Positions 1 to 13,200 of a stretch of DNA of 64,000 nt are shown here, piece by piece (the first letter of the stretch is position 1; each line of letters begins with the position of its first letter). A program made the position numbers and the translations under genes. The notes beneath the pieces were generated by a model, which worked only from the letters and a program-made list of their open reading frames with translations, ran no database searches and had not been told where the DNA came from. Source of the stretch: Phoronis australis (taxonomy: Eukaryota > Animalia > Phoronida); NCBI GenBank assembly GCA_002633005.1, contig NMRA01000412.1:219452-283451 (forward strand), in the 5' to 3' direction.

Positions 1-3000
1 CATCGATTTCTCTTTCAATTAATTCCTTTCAATTAAAATTCATCGTTAACATCTAAAATGAGGATGCAACAACTGTCATATTTCGAAGACGTTGGCGAAA
101 CTACGAATTCTTGTGATAAAAAATCGCGATATGTTGTTCTTTGAAGGCATGCGCAAGTCTCAACGTGAGATATATGACAGCCTTTTATAGTCTTTCACTG
201 AAGAAGTGTCCAGACAGAGGCCGTATCCCATGAATACCTTGATCCCCTGTGACTGTGTCTAACAATGGTGTTTGGTGAAATCGTTAAAATACTTTGGCTA
301 CTAAAGTTTTCCGAATTACTGAAAAAACCGAACAATATCCGCCAGTTTCTTTGCTATTCTCAGACACGCTTCCCACCTGAGTCACGTGATGCATCGGTTA
401 GTGTAGTTAGCGATAAAAAGTCTATTGAATTCCGTGTAATACGTTCCCTGATTAAGCCTATTTAATAGAAAAAGAAAATCAGAATCTGTGAAGCACTCGT
501 TTCCTCATTTCCGAATGTTAATTTCGCTTCGTGAAAAATTACCTATTCTACCAAGCAGTCAGGAAAAAGCGTGACTGCAAGCGTTCTACAAAAGGCACAA
601 GCGAACTGGAAAGAAGTTGACAAATCAATAACGCTGGTGCTTAAGTATGGAATGTGCCACTCATTTGGCATTTCAACTCTGAAGTAGTATTGACCTGTTA
701 TGGCTTTTAGTGCTTGAAACTGCAAGTATTCGGTTTACAAAGACCATGAATTCGCGAACTCCTAAGGAACAGCTACAATTATGAATACGATTCGGTACAC
801 TGTAACCTAATCCTAAGCTGACGAGCTGCAGCGCAATAACGATCTTTTTCGTTTGAAACAGAATGCCAAATATCAAATTTGCCAGTACCTACGAAATGGC
901 CGCCAAAGTTGAGCAGCATTAAACTTTACGAAATGTCATTGTCTTGTTTTTGTGACATGTTTCAATTGTTGAGACAAAGGTGAAGCTCTAAGCCCGTATT
1001 TCTTTCTTTCTGATCCTACGATGTTTGTTGTATGTTTTGCCATACATGTAGTTAACTTTTAGTTTTAGATGCAGTTTATCTATTGGTTGGTTCACAAGTT
1101 GCCAGTACTGTAGATTTGATTGAAGAGGTTATGTACATGTAGATGGCTTTTAATTGGCATTATTATCCCTAGTCTTAGGAAATAATCAACATAGTCTTCG
1201 GGTATCGTTTGAGAGGCTACAGAATCGTATGATCAAATGATGTGAGTTTGATTAGTCATTAGTTGTTTTAATGTCCAGACAATAAATGCGGCTTCACACT
1301 TACATGTAAATAGGACTTTTTAATCAACGCGTACATTGTACACGGCGGTGCGTTCCGCAGACACAAGACGCTCGCGAAAAAGCACGACCATGCAAGACCG
1401 ACGTGAAATAACCCGAGTTAAAGAGGGGTGTTTCGTGAGACCTTGTTTATGACATCTGCCAAATGGCGACCACTGAAAGGATTAATCGGCAGAGTTGGAA
1501 TGTTTCCATTCTGCAAGAGCCCTGCCAGTGTCTTGTATCTACGGAACGCAGCCCAAGGTGTACTTGTCCGTAATCTCCTACTACTAGGATTGCATCAAGA
1601 ATTTCATGTACAAAACCTGTTTGCAAGTCTATTCGAGTTTTTTTATCGACAGTCCCAACGACACACAATGTCGTTAAAGTGTGGCTGCCATTTTGTTGGT
1701 CGTATAGGCTAAAATTGTATGATAGATTCGTTTTGAAAGATCATCATGTGGGAAAAACTTTTGTAATGCGTTGGTTTGCTTTGGAGATTGTAAACGAAAC
1801 GGAAAGAGTTAAGCTCAAAATGTCCATATTTGACTTAGACTATTGGGGGTCCTCTGCAATGTATTTTTGTAAAGCCGGTTGTGCAATGTGAACGCGTGTT
1901 GTACCGGGTCATGTGAGAATGAATCCCTTCGTCAAAATGTTTTCATATAAGCTCCTTCCTCATTAGTTCATTTAGCTGTGTCAACTCTCTAAGAGGTGTT
2001 TTTGTCTCATGCTGACTTTTTGACAGCGTGGTTACCTTTGTTTTCCAGTGGCATGCACACCCGGTCAAAATATTTGCGAATACTCCGTCGAGGAAACTAA
2101 CTCAAGCGGCTGACATTACATTTAAGAACAATGCTCCAACTACAAATATTTCAGTTGAAGCATGAAATAGGCATATACAGAGAAGTGGAAAATTACTACA
2201 TGTCCATAATACCCTTACATTCATTGGTGCTATGTCTTAAAACGAAAAACTGGCTCTCGTGAACTCGTTCATTCGACGTGCCCCTGTGGCACCGAAACAC
2301 CGCAAAACTGACAATGGCGGGTTGAAGCAATGATACAGCCCACACTTGTTCCAATCCAGCCATCTCCCCCGGTTATACCGTTCTCTTTGCAAAAGTGAAA
2401 GGAGTTCGTACGATCGGCTGAAGTCTTATGGATCCGTACGTCTTTGTCATCGAAAGCCACCTGAATAGGGATTGGCTAACATGTAAACGAGTTTAAAAGG
2501 TCTTCTGAGGTAAAGACGACAATAGCCGTAAGTCGAGGTAGTTTCGAGAATAAATCAATTAAAAAAGGACACCTGAATGTTCAAATTTAACTCGAGTTCT
2601 TCTAATCCACTGAGGTAATAAACGACCCTGGGAAGTGTGGGGCCTTGTTGCACCGATACGATATATGGCTGAGGAGACACTGCGTGGCTCAGTGATTTGA
2701 GCTCCAGATGTCCGTTTCGGAGACGAGTTCAAATTCTGACTTTACTGGCAAACAATTGAACATTGTACAAAGGTGTTTAGCTTCCACTCCTCTGAACTCG
2801 GTCTTCGTAATGATTGTAGGCCTATGCAAGGCTGTAATTAACCTGGGTATAATTCGAAAGCGTTTTCTAGAGATGAATATTTTAAGAATAGGCCAACATG
2901 GCTGTCGGAGCCGGTCGAAGGAAGCCATATTTATAGGCTTATACACTATCTACAGTAGATCAGCATCGTCAAAACCGATCCATTCTTTAGACCATGCATG

Positions 3001-3349
3001 GTTACGTCAGACGATAACTAATGCCATGTACATGTATTTGCACTCAGAGGATAATGCGTGTTAGCTTGATTGTCTGTATTCTCAAAGTTCACCTTTACGT
3101 ATAATTAAGCTTCTATTTCTCAGGTAGTGTTATCCGTTGTCATCCGGATTCTGCACCTCCACAACATTACACTATGTAATGTGAATAATCGTCAATTACA
3201 AGTGCTCTTAACAGCACCTGAGACGCGTGGTCATTATGCGTGTAACGCAGTTATTAAAAATCACTCTATTTTCAGTCTCGGTTATTTTGCAAGGTTCAGC
3301 CTTTACGCACGCATGGAGTAACGTTACAAAATTTTGCCAATTTCATGAA

Positions 3350-3781
3350 CTGGTGCGTGAACTAAGGACTCTCGCTTAATCTCAAGTTCACGTACAGTAT
3401 GCGTGAACTTGGAATACAAGTACAGGAGGAAATTTGACAAGTACATTCCAATAACCACGTTCACGTTGATGAAAATTTGAACTGCACTAAATCAAATTAT
3501 ATATTAATAAAGTAACATAAATTTTAACTAACTTCTTTTTTCAACTATTAGCACTCTTATTCACCAAACAATAATTGATTTAACATTCACGCATCCCTTC
3601 GATTTTTTGACATAAGTTACCGACGCTAAAAGAGAAAATAGGTGATCATGAGGCCAATAGTTTCAAAAATTCGTTAGACCGAACAAAAAAATTCACCGGA
3701 TTTCTTAAATGAATATTCAATTCCAAGTTCACGCATACGCGATCTTGAGATGAAGTAGTATTCCAAGTTCACGCACAGCAG
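3350..3781 (+). mobile_element. MITE family A, copy 1 (terminal inverted repeats CTG.TGCGTGAACT / AGTTCACGCACAGCAG)
   Basis: Inverted termini with internal sub-repeats; clearly homologous along its length to 24053-24463. Confidence 0.7.
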
Positions 3782-4070
3782 TACTAAAGTGTAACGCAAA
3801 ATCAAACACGCATGGCTAAATTTTCACTGACTGCGTAGTCAAGCTAAGCCAGATTTCCATTTTGATAGGTAACATCTTTTAATAGAAATGCAATCAATCA
3901 CCTACACTACATGTACTGTATATACACACAGGGTTCAGGTGACGCAGCCGTGTAACATGTGTCTAGTCAAGTGAACGTACTTCAACATTAGATCTAGATA
4001 TTAAGAGTGGTCATACTGCAAGTAATTGAGGAACCATTGACCCAACCAGTCTTAATCTTTCAGTGAAACA

Positions 4071-4209
4071 ATGGCAGAGTGTTCTAAAGACAGACGTCGA
4101 GAGATGTGTCAGAATTTTCTGAAGCAATTCAAGGATAAAGACACGAACGCCTTCAAGAATTTAACAGCGGAACACTTCCTGGAAATCTGGAGCCATTACG
4201 ATACAGACA
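4071..4209 (+). CDS. Cbp53E: calbindin-like coding exon 1 (MAECSKDRR...EIWSHYDTD)
   Basis: ATG at 4071, donor GTAAGT at 4210. An upstream TTTCAG acceptor at 4058-4063 suggests a non-coding first exon further 5'. Confidence 0.88.
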
Positions 4210-7200
4210 GTAAGTCTCTACCACTCCACTGCAAATGTTACTTTGTTTTGAAGCTTTGTGTAAGACTTGTGCACACTTTAATATCCGAAAGTCATAGATC
4301 TTTATAGTCACGGGTAAGCAAATAACTGTTCTGGAATTAATGGAACCGTTCACCGGTTATTACCAAATGCCTAACCTTATGGCTTTCACCTTAGTGGCTC
4401 GTGGCCTTACAACAACTACAGCAGTCGTGAACGGATATCGCATGCGACAATGGGCTGGTACAGAGAGCCGGGGCTTAAAGAAGCATTCCAACTGAGGCCA
4501 TCATGGCGTATTAGTATCTTGAAACAATGTACACACTTTATGCTAAAATCACTGGATTCTTGATCACTTAATAACTAGTTTATCACGAGTTATCACGATC
4601 TGCACGAAAGGCAACACTAAACAGAATGTTTTATCTCTATTTAGACAATGGCTATATAGAAGGCAAAGAACTGGACAGCTTCTTGAGAGAATTTATAGCG
4701 AGCAATTTGCCAACAGAAACCACAGGAGAGGTTGGTTGACGAACATGGTGAAATATAGTTTAAGATTGCATCAGGCCCCTGACTGGGAATCCATTTATCA
4801 AATAGCTTACGCCCGATCGTGGTTAAAACGGTCGCAAGTAAGGGACAGGAAAAGTGATTAAGAACAATGTATCTTATTACTTAAAGCAGCTTTAGTTATT
4901 AAGCCTGTCCTTTCGGGCAAAAACAACGTTCTTCAAAAAGTGTTGACTTAAGCCACTTTCCGTTAAAGAATTGACCTTCTTTTGTTTCTTATCCAGTTTA
5001 GAAGTGATGTCTTGGCTCGTCTGGAACTAACAGTTCCTACTGAGTACTGATCGAAAGTCTCACTCCGGTTGAGTATCACCCTAGCTCTGACTGAGCCTTA
5101 AGCGCGTTCAATGGGAAGCTGTTCTCGATAAGCACTGTACACGTACATGCATTGCATCAGACCAAAATTTCAGGTCACTCCTAACCGGGCCAGTTCTTTT
5201 GTAGCTCGGAAGTCATTCTACATCTGGGTAAGGAATGTCCACTTTTGTGACCGTACAGAAGTCAAAACTTTAAAACGTACCAGGTTCGTACCTAAAGGTA
5301 CCAAAAACCCACCTTCTCTCAAAAGCTACATTGTAGTCCACTACCATTATTAAACCAGTCTCAGCATTAAAGTATGGGTTAAGAACTCTAGGTTTGCTTG
5401 ACCTAACAGAAGTTTGTAATTGTGGTTTTAAGCAATAGCGAACTGTCAGTTCCCTCATGCCCGAAATCACCACTCAAGTGTTTTTGACAGAAGGTGGCTT
5501 ACAGAACCCCTAACTTCCATTTTCGCAATGCATTGCAAGATTGTCATACATGTACATGTACGACTGGTCGTGCTCCGGCAAGGCATGCTTCTCTCATACT
5601 CCCATAGGACACTTGGTTAAATCAACTTTGTACATGTAATATCCACGTGTTACGAAACTATAAAAACTGTCGCGTTGTTATTCAGTTATCTCCAGAGATC
5701 ACACGGGTTTCACTGGGAATAACGCACAGACAGAGATTAGTTACCGACTTGCAGTATCATGCACGGATTTCAACTCTTTCAAATGTTAATTGATAAATGG
5801 TCTACTTGATATTCCACGATTAAAAAGACTTTTCACGGCAATTTACATTGTAGCCATATATGTTCGAACTTGAATTTACATTGTCACCGCATAATGTTCG
5901 AACCTTAACCGAACAGCGTTGAAGTTTTTAAACCGTACCATGTTCATCCGGGTTCTGAGCCAGAAAATTGATCAACTTCACTGTTACTGAATATTATTAG
6001 CAGAGCACAAACTAGAACTATTTGATGCAAATTATCTCAGCAATAACTAGCTGTTGTCAGCGTATTCTCAGAGACTATGTACTTTCGCTGAAGTGAGATT
6101 TAATGATGATTCCAGATATAGTTGTGTGAAGCGTAAGACCACTTTAAGCCACTTTTAACGAATTATACATTCCGACAATGGTTTCTTATTTAGAGGTGTG
6201 AAACTGGCCGATAAGACTATGGAGTATCCTGACTTCTCCGGTGTCACCGTTGAAGACTGCTGAGCACTGCTATGGAGTGAAAACATTCAGAGATAGGATC
6301 AAATGATAACTTTGAAATGTTTAACCAATTTCATTCTTGCACAAAATATAGGCCTAAATGAAGAACCAAAAGCTTAAAGATATAAAAAAATAATACAGTG
6401 ACCAACAATAAAAAATTCAGCGCTAAATAACGTAAACAAGAAAGGCACAGCTGTTCGGAACTGCAAATCTTGTCTCTACATATATACACTACAGGTTGGC
6501 TCGGGCAGTGGTCTTATTGTCCTGGCTACGGCCGGCGCTTTTGTCCAAAATATGTACATTGTATAAAGTGTAAAGTTTGATGTTTTTCTGGCACCGAAGG
6601 TAACTTGATACGTTCCGATGGGACAAACTGACTCAACAAATCTCTTGGGCCTTATTTACAATTTCGAAATTAAGATTTGTCACATATATTTTTATTTACA
6701 TAAAATCTTATAGTTTGATATATTTGAAGAATCTCTTCAAGAGTAATCGTACGTATTCAATAAGGCTTTTAATAAACATACGTTGCATGTATTCACAAAG
6801 GAGAGACTCAGTGATCCTTTTTATGGAGCAATCAGACACATATGTTGTTTCATATACATGTATGAAGGTTGAACAAAGCTTACAATCCTTGTTAATCTGA
6901 ACAGCTGTGAAGAACAATCCTTTATTTGCATAATTGACAAGCATTATACATGTAATTGCTAGTTGCGGCGTCAATTCAAGAGCTTTAACTAAGCTAGCCT
7001 TATCGTTGGAACAAGGAACGCTTCGATCCCGGGGGTTTTCTATTATAGTTTACACTAGCTAGGAGGAAGCTGGAAATTTAGGATAGCCACCCGACAAGAG
7101 AATGGGGTCAAAGAAAGGTTGGCATTTGTTGAATGCATAAATGAAAAAGTCGTCTTTTCGTTTGAGTTTCTTCCAGAGACACATAACCCACAACTTTTAA

Positions 7201-10200
7201 GGAGTTAGTTACAGAAACGTAGCCAGTTCTTTCCATAGAAATTCTTGGACAACTGAGTTCTTAACTGAAACAAGGTATTTGTGAAAATAAGTATTTGTTC
7301 TGCAATCAAAGTTTTAAAAGTACAATCGATATCAAAATCCTTAGCGTAGTTGGAAAAGGGAGTTATTAGCGTTTCGGATTCCTAAAAGAAATCGGAAATA
7401 CACCTTTTACTGGGTGTATAATTTTGGCAAAAAAGACACCCATTTGTTGGGAAACCTGTCGTGAAAAAGTCACCTCGTTGAGCGCCACGCCCCGTATACT
7501 TCGCCTGTGGGTGTACATGTGTACCTGTATAGGTTTTGACTCGGTGTTCTCACTATCGCCCGTAGCGTGAATACAAAGACATGCACACTGCAGTGCGAGA
7601 ACTGTAATGCTTATCTAAGTTTTGTTTACAGCTGATTCCGGAAAAAGCAGTCGACTACCTGAGAAACGTATTCATGGATATGTACGACGAAAATTCTGAC
7701 GACCGCATAGAAATATCAGAAGTAAGCATTTGAACAAAACTTCCAGTCACGATACACGCACGTGTACAATGATGGTGATCATAATGAAGCCATTAAAATT
7801 ATGTTGAACCTTATCGGCAAATCTGTGTACTTATCCAGATATCAACAAAACAATAGATTTCAAATATATAAAAAATAATTGCAGGCAGTCTGATACACGT
7901 TGTACCAGACGTGCGCAGATTTTAACTTAATAAAAGTGATTATTTTCAGGGAGTGCAAAGCCATTAATTGTCACGTGACCATGTCTTTTCGGTAAACTTC
8001 TTACATGGATTTGTCATTTACATTGACTCCTACATCTGCTAACGCACAGGCGAGGTCCAGACACCCCAGCCATTATTATGCGCAACGCTATATGCCGGAA
8101 GCGTCTGGACTTTTGTTCGGTCAGTGATAGTCACTCATACTGTGTTTCCAGGTACGAACAGAACTAATCGAGTTTTGGGAGCAGGGACATAAAATGTAAC
8201 AAACAACTCTGGCTATCGAGGAATAAAACCGCTCTTTGAAGAAGTACAGATTTTCAAGAATCAATGATTGCACATATACGTAGAACAAAAAATCAGCTCA
8301 CTATAATTGAATTTACGCCTGCCAAAATAAACTTGCAATAGTCCCAACTCATATATATATATATTCACCACATTAGGCGTGTGCACAAAAGATAAGGAAA
8401 TGAACTGTTTGGACTCTCTGAGTAAAGAGTTGACCCAAGCGGGTATTCAATGTAAATGACAAATTCGTTTTATGTTCTGCAAACAGAAAGGTAAATTGAA
8501 AACAAAATAACAGTCAACAACATGACCGCACATTTCATTTGACAGAAATGTCTAAGACCAAATCTCAAAAACGGTGTAACCGCTTCTAAATTACTATCAT
8601 TTTCGTTTTATGCGGCTTTTGATTGTTTAAGAAAGTTCACGAAAATGATAAAAGATCTAAATTTAATAGTCTACCATACAAAAGTTGAGCATTTGCTGAC
8701 AATTTTTACTAGCGTTTTGAAGAGTAGTGCGTATAATATAGTATCTGAAAGTTTTGTATTAATCCAATCAGCCATTTTCGAGATATCATGTTCCGAAGTT
8801 ACCCTACTTTGGTCAATGGTCCTACATAACCCTAAAGCTTTCACAAATGCTCATTCAGTGCGTACAGTGAATTTATTGGTACTATCTTTTGCAAAATTAG
8901 AATCGAGATGGAGTTTTGTTCCACTTCATTTGACGTCATGGCTACTGGTTAACGTGAGCTCGCCCAGCAGTTTGTCAGACATGCTAGTTTTCCACGTGCT
9001 ACAGGTCTTATGCAATGTTATGTGAGAAGACGTCGATCTAGTCCAATTTTTCTGCAAAATTTGGTGACCCGCAAGTTGTCTATTAATTTGCAAAAATACA
9101 TGTAAACCGAGCTTGAGTTACCTCTCCCTTCCCAGTTCAATTTATTTGAAGGACGTTCGGCAGAGTTTTAATCTATAGTTGATTTTCAAAAATTGATATT
9201 TTGGTCTTTGCCTACAAAACCTACAAAATTAAAATGGGGTTTACAGAATTATTTGTCCGTTATAGTTGCCAAATCAGACAAAATGGTAATTGAAATGCAA
9301 CATCTAAATTAAATTAATGGTTGGGATCGTTTTAATTCCGTGTCAAGATGTCAGTTTTAAGATTCAACCGTTTATCCAATTTTTTCAGTTTAGTGATTTT
9401 CTTACGACGACACAAGTTAAAGCTTTTTACGCGCTCACGCATACATACATGCACGTGGATGCATATTGACGTAATCTGTGTGTAATCTATGTTGTTGTGG
9501 AGCGACGGATGACCTCGATATTTGGACCGATCCGACTACCGATGTGCCACCTAGTGGCAATTTTAGCCTTTACGTTTGCCTCTGTACATGTATGTTCGGA
9601 GTTCCATTATATATTTTAATAAAATTTGGCAAATACGATTTTGTCAGCAGACAACGACGCCTTCTCATTTTCGAACACATTCTGCGCCATCTTTACTATG
9701 TAGGAGTCCGTTTCTTGTCGCCCTTCTATTTATCCGTCAATCTGCTTGATAGATCAATATGTAACTCAGCAGATACGTTCTGCCAGGAAGACCACAGATG
9801 ACGTCAATTTTCAGACGGGTACTGGTCCGACTACTGAACTAGGCACCCCCAGTGCTAATAACGCTTTTTGCGTTCAATGCTGCATCACCTTAAATGCAAA
9901 TGTTGTCTACCGACAACGGAAGACGATGACTTCCGGATGGAACTGCAGACTACCGCTACGTGTCCCAAAGCAGTTTTATTTTTCTGTTTGACTTTGTATC
10001 TCAATATCTTTGACAGATTTTAATGCAATATGGTGAATACATTTATAACGTGGGAACAGCGGAGCCTTTTCACTTTCGATTTTTGATATATTCTGCACCA
10101 TAGAGCGTCGATTTTTATGATTTTTACGAACACACCTACATGTACAAGGCATACCGGTTGTGGTGTAGTCTTGTGCGCATTTCAACGCTTTGCGTCGCTC

Positions 10201-13200
10201 TGATGTGGATTTTGAATACATTAAACTTCACCGTTTTGGCCTCTTCACAAACAGTTGGCTATTTTTATGATTCTAATCATCACCCCTATAAGCATATCGT
10301 TTACGATGTAGTCGAGGGCGCATTTTAACGCTTTGCGTCGTTTTGAGTTTGAATACCTGAAATTTCAATGTTCTGGCTTCTTCTTAGCCCGTAATTTTTT
10401 AAAATATTTTATTTTTCTGCGCTCATGATTTCTATGAAATACGATAAATAAGGGATCACGGTTTTTTAGCAATGTAAGCTCAAACAGCTTCACATAAGTA
10501 CGCCAATTTCAAAATTACAATCGCCTAGCTGCTTAACTCTTGATGGTGCGGACAAATGCTATGTCGATGAGATTGTGAAATTATTTTAGTCGACTGCAAC
10601 AATCGAGATTCTTTAATATATAAAAAAATTCCAACGGATTGTCAAATTTAATATCCGTCTAATATCATGCCTAATTTCAAGTTTAATGTGACTGAACTGT
10701 AAAATTTGGTGGGGCGTACTATCATTTAAAGCCATAATTTCGGCGAAAGCAGTAGATGGGGCAATAATCGTAGGTACGTCAGTGTCAAGACGACAATGGG
10801 AAGTGGAAAACCATCTCAGAGAAGTTACAAGTAGGGTTGGCCGGCGTGGGGATTAAAACACTAGTCTAAGGCTGACCTCACTGTTAAGTGTTTACTGTTC
10901 CAATGTATAGTTGAAATCCGTTTTGTGTTGTCTTACCGACCTTTTGGACGTGAACTGAGTGTTGTACTTTGTGTTGTTAACATATTTTTATTTACCGCTT
11001 AGTTAGTGCACATGTTGCCAGTCGACGAAACATTTCAAGCGCTGTTTCCTATTGGAGCGTTGCCTTCAAGCGCTGATTTCATGAAGGTAAACTCGCACAG
11101 TTGTGGCTCTCAAATATTTCACTTGCATGCTCAGTAGTGCAAGGTTTCCACGAGACCGCACAAATGTCATACCCAGCACCAGAGGCAATGTCTTCTCGCA
11201 CTACACTCGTTTGCACGATGCTGCCACTTTCTTGAGCGGTTGTTCATTTTCTAAAATTTTATGGATTTATCTACGTTTGGTAACCTGAGTTTTATCAACA
11301 CAGTCAACTTTATTCTAGAACTGACGGCAACGCAAAAACGTTCTTGTTGGACTGTTTTGGCTGTTTAAAACTTGTTTCTATTTATCAATTTCTCAAGGTT
11401 TATAGGCCTTCTACATTTTAATTATCTCTATAACAGATTCCACTGAGATCGTATTATTCACGTACGGGTGTTTACAGGATCACACTGACGTATGTTTGAC
11501 AAAAGGTAACCATATATTTTCTGACATTCATTTCATGTGTTTTCTCGAAACCAAAATACATGGAAATAGACAGCGCACAGAAAGAAAATGGCGACATTTC
11601 CTTTAGAGCACATGCAGCTGTTATATGGTGGCTATGTAAATAAACTCTTCACGAGCTCTTGCTCAGGAAACACGCTGTGAGCGGACCCAGAATCTTAGCC
11701 ATAGAGCGCCAAACGGATGAACAAACATGCAGGTACCGTACATGAGGAGGCAGTGTGGCCTAGTGTGATAGGTGCCCGCTTTCTTTATTCGAGGTCGTAG
11801 GTTCGAGTCCCACTGGACCACACTGCTATACCCTTGAGTCAGGTTTCTAGCTCCTCAGCTCGGTTTTAACTACATGTATATACCCTACATCAATAAAGCA
11901 TAAAAATGGTTCCAGGTGGTCTGTGCAATGGGTCAACTTGCGCGGCATGCGCACGTCTGGTACAACGTGTATCAGACCGCCTGCAATTATTGTTTTTCAT
12001 ATACACAACGGGAGCCTTCATGATTCTGCGTTTCAGTTGCACACAAATGACTGAGCAGGGTGCCCAAGTACTTCGCATCTAGATCCGCTTCTGCATGTGC
12101 TTCTGAAGCTTCTCTTTCGTCGTTTCTTAAGATGACACAATAGCAATAGGGCATGTGCTAACCAATCTTCTCTCATTCAAGCTGGCAGAGATATTACCTA
12201 TGGAGGAGAATTTCTTGTTTTTGTTCCGCAACGACAACCCCCTGGCCTCGAGCGTGGAGTTTATGCAGGTTTGGTGATTTATGAAATGCATTTTTATTGT
12301 TCTAAAGTCCAGTTGGAACATAATTTATAGCTCAACACGGTGGAGGATTTACTATACATGTACAGTGTATATGTGTCGCATGTTCACAATTGTCTGACTC
12401 TCTGGCTTGGACAAGGATGGGACACAAGAAGGCCGTCGTGGACCTGCTGTTCATGGCAAAACGTTATCATTCAATGAATTACGCGTATTCCGCTTTGCTG
12501 GTCTATCACGACTGGCCTCCCTGTTGAATATTTAATGTAACAAGTGATGCCACTTGATGGGTGAATTTATGAGGGTACTTTTCAGTGTTTATGTACTGTC
12601 CTCAATATTTAAGCCCAAGATCCATCAGAGCACTTCTAGTCATTCTGGTTGGCATGGCACGAGTTACCAAGTGGCAAGACCGTGCGTCATAGTTCATCTA
12701 GAAACGCCAAACAAGACATGTTCAAATCGGCATTATGCGAGACTGATCAAATTAGTTCGACAAAGAGACAGTTTACGAAAACGCGAAGCTGGAGAACTTG
12801 TAAACAGCCTTTGATGTGTGCTATTACAATAACGTCATTTTTTTCGTCTGAAATTACAGGCCGCATGTGGTTACACTGGATGATAATCTGACCGGATATC
12901 ACTATTAAGATAATGAACACGATGCGTGTCAGGCTTTTAATGCAAACCTGAAACCGAAATTCCGCGGTCAAAGGGGGGTGTAATATTCGTCAAGCAAACT
13001 TGCATATGCAATCGCTGGTTGCAATGAATGCAACTGCTTCTCTGCTTGAACTGATCAAAATACGTATGCTCTATCATTTTATTAGTATTGCTGAGACACT
13101 AAACAAATTTTAATAAAATTGATACATAAAGTTGAAATGCGCTACATTTATTAATAGCAAGCTATTAGACGATATGTGTGTACATATTCTTTTCCCATCA

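Noticed and set aside
1428-2946. Short ORFs upstream of calbindin (1428-1712, 1447-1668, 2269-2460, 2689-2946)
   Set aside because: No recognisable domain and no phase-consistent exon chain; a small or decayed gene cannot be excluded.
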